Of a stretch of DNA of 42,833 nt, positions 36,489 through 42,833 are shown one piece after another; the first letter of the stretch is position 1; each line of letters begins with the position of its first letter. The translations under genes and the position numbers were made by a program. Below the pieces are notes generated by a model. That model made no database searches and was not told where the DNA came from. It saw nothing but the letters and a program-made list of their open reading frames with translations. The DNA comes from Candidatus Hadarchaeota archaeon (GTDB lineage Archaea > Hadarchaeota > Hadarchaeia > Hadarchaeales > Hadarchaeaceae): positions 1-42,833 of the forward strand of contig JBFMBF010000008.1 in NCBI GenBank assembly GCA_040755315.1. Direction: 5' to 3'.

Positions 36489-38044
36489 GTAACTGTATAG
36501 CTGATTTCCCCCGATTTTTGTCCAAAAAATTTTGACCGAAAAGTTTACGCCAAGTTCTTACAATAAAATGTGGAGGCTGGCCAGAGGTGGTGGTTACAGA
36601 AGGCCAGCACATGCAGAAAAAAGAAAATCAGCAGGTGGAAATCCCGGAAATCGTCCGGAAGGCGATTGATGAATACCCTGAGCTGAAGCCCGTCTTCGAC
36701 TTCTTGCTCGATAAGATACGATTCCTTGAAGCGCGCCTGAGGAAATACGAAAACCCGCACGTGCCATCCTCGAAACAAATAGTGAAAGAGACGAAGGCGC
36801 CCAGGGAGCCAAAGCCGAGGGGCGCCCCCGAGAACCACAAGGGGGCCACGAGAGAAAAGCCGGCCCCAGACATGACCGTTGAGCTGAAGCCAAACTCCTG
36901 TCCAAAGCCGGGGTGCGGGTCCAAGGGGGTCCGGGTGTTGAAGAAGCGTAGAAAGACCGTTGGGGACATCATAATCATCAAAATCACGACGGAGTACATC
37001 TACTACGAGTGCGAGTGCGAGGACTGCAGCACGCAGTTCGTGACGGGGTGCGAGGAACTCCCCAAGGAGGGGAACTTCGGCCCGAACATCTCGTCCCTCT
37101 GGGCGGCCCTGCACTACGTTGGGACGGTGCCCTTCGCCAGGCTGGCGGCGATATCCGAGAACTGCTTCTGCATGCCCATCACCCCAAAGGGGGTGGAGGA
37201 CGCGATATACCGCGCCGCTGAGGTGTTCGAGCCGAACTTCAGGCGGATCAGGAGCCGGGTGGGCAGGTCGAAGTACGCGAGGAGCGACGAGACGACCTAC
37301 TCCTTCAACGGGGAGAAGTACTGGGCGTGGAACATCTCGGGCAAGCGCGACACCCTGGTCCTGCTGAGGGAGACGAGGGGCTCGGCCGTGCTGAAGGAGG
37401 TGTTTGGGGATTTCCTGGACGGGATACTGAACTCCGACTGCTTCAAGGGCTACGACAAGTTCAAGGCGGGGGAGTACCAGAAGTGCTGGGCGCATGTGCT
37501 CAGGGACGCGGAGGACCTCGCGAAGCACGACGATGACGGGAAATGGCTGCACCGCGAGCTCTCTCGCATGTATCGCTACATCCTGAAAGTGAAACGCGAG
37601 GGGGGCGAAGGCAGCCCAAGGGTGGAGAGGTGGGTCAAACGGTCCAAGGAACGGATAATGGAGTTCGTGGAGAAAAACTACAGGTCGAAGGCCGTCCTGA
37701 ACCTGGCCCTGCGGCTGTCGAAGTATCGCGACCACTGGTTCACCTGCCTCAAGTACGAGTTCGTCGAACCCACAAACAACGCCTCGGAGCGGGACATAAG
37801 GAAGCTGGTCGTCGCGAGGAAGATCTCCGGCGCCCACAGGAGCGAGCTGGGGATGCGCTCGAGGGAGATCATGATGTCGACCATCCTCACCTCGCAGAAG
37901 AGAGGGGAAAATCCGTTCGAGTTCATACGCGGCGGAATTGAAAAACACAACATGGACTGTTCTCTGAAACCCCCATAGAATACAAAAGAACCCGGAGCAA
38001 ATGCGATTTGCGGGGCTATAAAAGCGGGTCAGCTATACAGTTAC
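36489..38044 (+). mobile_element. IS66-family insertion sequence, single-ORF type, 1556 bp
   Basis: Perfect 16-bp terminal inverted repeats GTAACTGTATAGCTGA (36489-36504) and TCAGCTATACAGTTAC (38029-38044) enclose the transposase. Confidence 0.93.
36587..37978 (+). CDS. IS66 family DDE transposase
   Basis: Coiled-coil plus NPHVPSS, Zn-finger cysteines, SDET, LNSD, QKCWAH, PTNNASERDIR. Confidence 0.93.
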   Translation: MVVTEGQHMQKKENQQVEIPEIVRKAIDEYPELKPVFDFLLDKIRFLEARLRKYENPHVPSSKQIVKETKAPREPKPRGAPENHKGATREKPAPDMTVELKPNSCPKPGCGSKGVRVLKKRRKTVGDIIIIKITTEYIYYECECEDCSTQFVTGCEELPKEGNFGPNISSLWAALHYVGTVPFARLAAISENCFCMPITPKGVEDAIYRAAEVFEPNFRRIRSRVGRSKYARSDETTYSFNGEKYWAWNISGKRDTLVLLRETRGSAVLKEVFGDFLDGILNSDCFKGYDKFKAGEYQKCWAHVLRDAEDLAKHDDDGKWLHRELSRMYRYILKVKREGGEGSPRVERWVKRSKERIMEFVEKNYRSKAVLNLALRLSKYRDHWFTCLKYEFVEPTNNASERDIRKLVVARKISGAHRSELGMRSREIMMSTILTSQKRGENPFEFIRGGIEKHNMDCSLKPP

Positions 38045-38085
38045 CGTTGCAAAACGATGGCCATAAACTGCGTGCCGAATTGTCT

Positions 38086-41000
38086 TCAAAACTCAAAGGA
38101 TTCAGCAGATGCCTGGCCCGCTTCTTTCCTGCCCTTTCCGAAGATCTCGCGCAGCGCCTTCACAAAGCCTCCGATGTATTCGTCCGTCTTGCCCCTGAAC
38201 TCCGCCAACCTCTGTGGCGAATCCGAGCCGAGGATGGCCTCGGCGCGCGAGAGCCCGATTTTCTCCTCGCGCACCATCCCGTACGCGTCCTCGTAGCCGC
38301 TTTTGGAGTCGTTTCCTGTGCCTACCGACACCTTCCTTGGCAGGAAATGCATTCTGGCAACCACCACCAAGAAGGTTGCGAAAATGGCTCCGGCCGCGGC
38401 CGCGAGGTAGATGGTTGGAATTCCAGCTTGAGGCTCCGCTGGGGGTTGCTCAGAGGGCTGGGCGGCGACGCGCTCGATTGTGATGACATGCGTGGAGAAG
38501 TGGGATATGGAGACGAGCGCCTGGATTCCCTCGGCGCCGGCCAGCAGCAGGTACTCTGAATCGTTTTCGCTGGTGTCGAGGGCATCGTCGTAGTCGTCTG
38601 CCATCGCTATCTTCCGGTTGTCCACACTGACCTCCAGCTCGTCCAGGCTCGAGAACTTCAGCGCGCGTCTGCCCACGTTGATCGCCACCGTCCGCCCCCC
38701 GGTGCTCCTGGAGTCGACCGTCACCGCGACCCTGTTCTCCTCCGCCGCCACATCCAAGCTCAGGTCGTTGTCGTAGCTTTCGTGCCTGGACTCGATCACC
38801 GAGGTATCATTCTCTCTTTTCACGGAAATCAGCGCCTTCGGGCCAGTCCTGATCACGTCGACGGTGTCGGAGCCGATGAACGTCAAGTCGTCCACGTCGC
38901 CAGTCACGGTCAAAATCGCGAGCCCGGGGGAGACGATGCTCTCGACGCTCGCCCTGTCGAACTTCACCATCAGGTCCGGAACATCGTCGTTGTCGTAATC
39001 GCCGATTGTGGTGGGGGCAGAGTTGTCCACCCGGAGGGTTCCGTTCAGTCGGATGCTCGACACATCTATTTCCGCCACGTTGTCGGTCGGGAGCTCCACG
39101 TAGCAGGTCACCCACTCGCCGGCGGAGCCTATCTGGACGGTGTCGGGCTTTATTTCTATGACGGCCTGGAGCGGGGGGGCGGCTTTGATCGCGCCCGACG
39201 AGCCGCCACCGCCCGCCAGGTACTGGTTGTCCCCGGCGAACGACGCGGTTATGGCCACGCTGCCTTCGGAACTCGGCGCGGTGTAGGTGACGGCGGCCTG
39301 CCCAAGCGAGTTTGTGGTTCCGCTCGAGGGGGCGACGCTGCCGGAGGTGGCGTTCCAAGCCAGCGCCTTCCCGGCCAGCGGGGCGCCGTCGGACGTGAGC
39401 ATGGCGGTCAGGGTCGTGGAGCTCCCGGGCTGCAAAGTGAAGGCAGGTGGTGTGATGGTCAGGGCCGTGGACGCCTTTGCGATGGTGCCCGAGGAGATCC
39501 CGCTGTCCGCCTTGTGCAGGTCGTCGCCGGCAAATGACGCGGTGATGGTCACGGTTGTTTCGGAACTCGGTGCGGTGTAGGTGACCGAAACCCGCCCAGA
39601 AGAGTCGGTGGCCCCGCTCGTTGCCGACAGGCTCCCGGCGGTCTTGGCCCAGGTTATTGTTTTTCCGGCCACCGGGACGCCGTCGGACGTGAGCGTGGCT
39701 GTGAGGGTCCTCGACCCGCCGGGGCGCAGGGTGAAGCTCGTCGGCGAGATCGACAGAGTCGTGGGGGAGGGCGGCGCGACAGTGCATGATGAGTTATCGC
39801 TGCCAGCCCGGTACTGGTTGTCTCCCGCGAATGACGCCGCTATTGCAACCGATGTCTGGGTAGTAACCATCGGTGCCGTGTAGGCGACAGAGACCTGCCC
39901 TGTGGAGTCTGTAGTCCCGCTCGTTGCGGAAAGGGTGCCAGCAGTCACGCCCCACGTGATTGTTTTCCCGGAAAGCGGGCTGTTGTCGTTGTCTTTCAGT
40001 GAGGCAGTGAGGGTTGCGGAGCCGCCCGACTGGAGGGTGAAGCTTGAGGGGGAAATAGAGAGAGCTGTCAGTCTTTGCTCGGGCGCTGGCGGGGCGCTGA
40101 CGGTGATGATTTTGGAGGCGCTGCCCGTGAGCCCGCCGTTGTCGGTGACTGCGAGCGTTACAGTGTATATGCCTGCGTTCGAGTACTTGTGGGTTGGGTT
40201 CTGGAGGGTGCTATATGTGCCGTCGCCGAAGTTCCAAGACCAGGAAACAACGGTTCCGTCCGAGTCCGAAGACATATCGGTGAATTGGATGGAGTTATCA
40301 ATCGTGGGCAAGCTAGGGGAAAAAGTGAAGAAAGATATAGGTGGAGTGTTTACTTCGTCACTCGACCGCGCGTACTTTAGACGCCAATTTGTCATATCGT
40401 AATAACTTATATGTGAATGTCCAGACGAGTCAAGTTTCATGGAGGTGTGTCCGCCCCATTTACCAAGATTGGAGTCCACAGTTTGTATTTCCCAAGAACT
40501 CCCCGTCCAGCGCACGTACTTGACGGCAGTTCCGGCAGTAGTCCCAAAGCCTTGGTTATATCCTATGTGGGGATTGCCAGAAGAGTCTAGAACTAGAGAG
40601 GTACCCCAACCAACATTCGCTGCGGGATCCACTGTCTGTATTTCCCAAGAGCTTCCGGTCCAGCGCGCGTATTTTAGGTTGTCGCCGCCGCGGTAGGCTA
40701 TGTGGGGGTTGCCGGTGGAGTCGAGAGCTATGGTACAAAAATAACCAACATCCCCAGCAGAATCTACAGTCTGGGTGTCCCAAGAACTCCCATTCCAGTA
40801 CGCGTACTTTAAATCATTATTTGCACGATTCATATAACTTATATGGGGGTTGCCTGAGGAGTCAAGAGCGATGGGAACATACTTGTTCCCTATACCAAGA
40901 TTGGAATCTACCGTCTGGATGCTCCATAAGTTCCCAGTCCAGTACGCGTACTTAATATCCACCTGTCTGTTGTCAGGGTAAGTAACGTGAACGTAGCTAT

Positions 41001-41481
41001 AACTTATATGAGGATAACCTGTTGAGTCAAGAACCATGGAAGAGTCGCCTCCTGCATTTTCGAAATCCACGGTCTGGATGTTCCAAGTGCTACCCGTCCA
41101 GCGCGCGTACTTGAGGTCGTCGTTTGTAACATCCCAATAACTTATGTGCGGGTACCCTGAAGAATCCAAGGCTATCGAACTGATCACACCCACATCCCCA
41201 GCAGAATCTACAGTCTGGATGTCCCAAGAACTCCCATTCCAGCGCGCGTACTTGAGGTCGTCGTTTGAGTAATCAGCGTAACTTATGTGAGGATAGCCCT
41301 GCGCATCTAAAGCTATTGAGTTGTACTGGCCAACGTCCCCCTCATTATCGACAATTTCGATAACCCATTCAGGTGTCGTCAATGCCGAAACTTTCGGCTG
41401 TGAAACTATGCTAATCAACCACACAGCATTCAAACAGATGGCTGTGATTCGGGCATGTTTCACGTCATTCCCCACATACAC
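38086..41481 (-). CDS. Large cell-surface protein: about 7 beta-propeller repeats, PKD domain, three Big_1-like Ig repeats, C-terminal TM anchor
   Basis: Repeats of SIALDSSGxPHISY...LKYARW.G..W.IQTVD; PKD motif WSWNFGDG...PTHKY; three LSISP..FTL...ASFAGD repeats; TM helix IYLAAAAGAIFATFLVVVA. Confidence 0.88.
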   Translation of the reverse strand: MYVGNDVKHARITAICLNAVWLISIVSQPKVSALTTPEWVIEIVDNEGDVGQYNSIALDAQGYPHISYADYSNDDLKYARWNGSSWDIQTVDSAGDVGVISSIALDSSGYPHISYWDVTNDDLKYARWTGSTWNIQTVDFENAGGDSSMVLDSTGYPHISYSYVHVTYPDNRQVDIKYAYWTGNLWSIQTVDSNLGIGNKYVPIALDSSGNPHISYMNRANNDLKYAYWNGSSWDTQTVDSAGDVGYFCTIALDSTGNPHIAYRGGDNLKYARWTGSSWEIQTVDPAANVGWGTSLVLDSSGNPHIGYNQGFGTTAGTAVKYVRWTGSSWEIQTVDSNLGKWGGHTSMKLDSSGHSHISYYDMTNWRLKYARSSDEVNTPPISFFTFSPSLPTIDNSIQFTDMSSDSDGTVVSWSWNFGDGTYSTLQNPTHKYSNAGIYTVTLAVTDNGGLTGSASKIITVSAPPAPEQRLTALSISPSSFTLQSGGSATLTASLKDNDNSPLSGKTITWGVTAGTLSATSGTTDSTGQVSVAYTAPMVTTQTSVAIAASFAGDNQYRAGSDNSSCTVAPPSPTTLSISPTSFTLRPGGSRTLTATLTSDGVPVAGKTITWAKTAGSLSATSGATDSSGRVSVTYTAPSSETTVTITASFAGDDLHKADSGISSGTIAKASTALTITPPAFTLQPGSSTTLTAMLTSDGAPLAGKALAWNATSGSVAPSSGTTNSLGQAAVTYTAPSSEGSVAITASFAGDNQYLAGGGGSSGAIKAAPPLQAVIEIKPDTVQIGSAGEWVTCYVELPTDNVAEIDVSSIRLNGTLRVDNSAPTTIGDYDNDDVPDLMVKFDRASVESIVSPGLAILTVTGDVDDLTFIGSDTVDVIRTGPKALISVKRENDTSVIESRHESYDNDLSLDVAAEENRVAVTVDSRSTGGRTVAINVGRRALKFSSLDELEVSVDNRKIAMADDYDDALDTSENDSEYLLLAGAEGIQALVSISHFSTHVITIERVAAQPSEQPPAEPQAGIPTIYLAAAAGAIFATFLVVVARMHFLPRKVSVGTGNDSKSGYEDAYGMVREEKIGLSRAEAILGSDSPQRLAEFRGKTDEYIGGFVKALREIFGKGRKEAGQASAESFEF

Positions 41482-41633
41482 ATTTATGTTAACATGTTAA
41501 AAAGTCGCCGATTGCCGATTGAACATTATAGCAATCGGATAGTGTGTCTCCGAATTTGACGGTCAAAAAATCAAGCTTGCGAAAGTGTTTTATGTTTGGA
41601 CAGGGCAAAGAAATAGGGGAATAGGGGAGTGTA

Positions 41634-42833
41634 TTGACACGTGGGATTTACAGTGGGCCCAGCCTATTCCTGGCAATCCTCATGTTAGTTTTAATACCAT
41701 CTAGTTCTGGCCTTGCCAACGCATCGGGAATGGTAATTCAGACTGATGAAAATGTTTTTGTGAGTCTGGAGAACTTCCAACAAAGTTTGGCGATTGACAA
41801 CAAACAGATTTTCGGGCAACTTCAAGAACTTTGGGCTTACGAGAATTTTGAGGGCCACGCTCCAGACAATGAAGCTTTGAGTAGTCTGGAGAACCTGCCT
41901 CCAGATTTGCGCGAGAAGCTGCTGTCCGGCGAGGAGCCAACACTCCAAGAGATTCAGAGAGCCCTAATGGAAAACCTATCATCGAAAATCCGCGAAAAGC
42001 TTGAACAGGAGCCACTCGCGTATTTCATTTTGGCTTACTTTGAGAATTTCTCATGGGAGAACCCGGGGGACCCGCTAGATAATGAATTCAGGTCATATTT
42101 TGACAACCTCCCTCTAGAAGCAAGAGCCGAACTCGAGTCAAGTATAGCTAAACCATTCGAAAGCCTACCGCATGAAGCCCAAGCTGAGATAAAAAACTTG
42201 GTCAGGCTGTTCATAGAAAACATGCCCCCAGAAACTAATGAAGAAAGTAAGCGCAAACTTGCAGAATACTTGAACAGTTCGTTGTATGGCGATATTGGTC
42301 TCGAGAATCTGGTTCCTCCCACCCCTGATAATCACAACACGGATTACTTCGTCAGCAAGAACGGCAATGATTTTAATACTGGCCGAGATTGGAACCACTC
42401 ATTCACCACAATCGGGAGGGCCTTGGATCCAAACGAAACAAACAGCGCAAAAGGTTATGGTGATACTGTTTTTGTTGATGGAGGACCAGAAGAAAATCCG
42501 TTCGTTTACGAGGAAACCATTACGGTTTGGAATGGGGTCACGCTCCAAAGCAGCCATTCCCCCGATTACCCTTACTCAAACACTCGGGCTACCATCCGCG
42601 CGCCAGCGGGAGTTTCGGCTGGTAATATGGCGACGATGGGGGACGGCAGCGTGATTGAGGGATTCCACATCACGGGAGGAGGAACCTGGTGGTACGGCGT
42701 TTACTGCCCCGGCACCTCCCCAACAATAAAAAACAACATTATAGACGGCTCGGGGTGGGGCGTCTGCGTCACAGGCTCCGGCTCCCCCACAATAGATGGC
42801 AACGTCATCGGGGGCAACTATTGGAGTGGCATC
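41634..42833 (+). CDS. Secreted protein with right-handed beta-helix (pectin-lyase/NosD-like) domain; 3' end runs off the window; absent from the ORF track
   Basis: 400 stop-free codons from TTG at 41634 (GGGGAG upstream) to the window end. Signal peptide SLFLAILMLVLIPSSSGLANA, then YFVSKNGND..TG.DW...FTTIGRAL, IEGFHIT, SPTIKNNII, SPTIDGNVI. Confidence 0.85.
   Translation, partial: MTRGIYSGPSLFLAILMLVLIPSSSGLANASGMVIQTDENVFVSLENFQQSLAIDNKQIFGQLQELWAYENFEGHAPDNEALSSLENLPPDLREKLLSGEEPTLQEIQRALMENLSSKIREKLEQEPLAYFILAYFENFSWENPGDPLDNEFRSYFDNLPLEARAELESSIAKPFESLPHEAQAEIKNLVRLFIENMPPETNEESKRKLAEYLNSSLYGDIGLENLVPPTPDNHNTDYFVSKNGNDFNTGRDWNHSFTTIGRALDPNETNSAKGYGDTVFVDGGPEENPFVYEETITVWNGVTLQSSHSPDYPYSNTRATIRAPAGVSAGNMATMGDGSVIEGFHITGGGTWWYGVYCPGTSPTIKNNIIDGSGWGVCVTGSGSPTIDGNVIGGNYWSGI

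Noticed and set aside
36545..37948. 467-aa minus-strand ORF inside the IS
   Set aside because: Antisense shadow of the GC-rich transposase; no recognisable motifs.
30376..41481. Diversity-generating retroelement explanation for the paralogous surface repeats
   Set aside because: No reverse transcriptase is in the window, and I did not see an adenine-specific mismatch pattern.
42286..42654. 122-aa ORF and the short minus-strand ORFs at 41691-42398
   Set aside because: They overlap the long 41634-42833 frame, which has a signal peptide and beta-helix motifs.

Overview
Archaeal chromosomal window with a GC-rich core and AT-rich accessory patches. The gene set is nurA-herA, SRP54, form III RuBisCO and a DUF835 protein, with TATA/BRE promoters. 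The style is compatible with Hadarchaeota-like archaea, but that is an impression, not a result. From left to right the window holds: nurA-herA; a degenerate PIN-like gene; a tRNA-Ser-like gene with an abnormal 19-nt anticodon region, whose 5' half is exactly duplicated next to it; an ArsB/NhaD permease and Usp; SRP54; a seven-gene glycogen/alpha-glucan cluster; an HD hydrolase, tmk, a site-2 protease, a DUF835 membrane pair and ubiX; a branched-chain amino acid cluster (leuB, an IDH-like gene, leuD, leuC, ilvD) interrupted by two inserts; and a variable island (about 29.5-42.8 kb) with pseudogenes, orphan membrane genes, RuBisCO plus a PEPCK/HPrK-fold kinase, an intact IS66 element and surface proteins. 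The last surface gene is missing from the ORF track. Best candidates for undescribed biology: (1) the tRNA-like gene with a predicted divergently transcribed antisense RNA beside a PIN-like gene; (2) a small Cas2/VapD-like ORF bracketed by four CACACGTGTG palindromes between ilvD and leuC; (3) RuBisCO coupled to a minimal PEPCK-like P-loop enzyme; (4) strong [D/E]-N enrichment in secreted proteins. All family calls come from motif recognition by eye; no searches were run.
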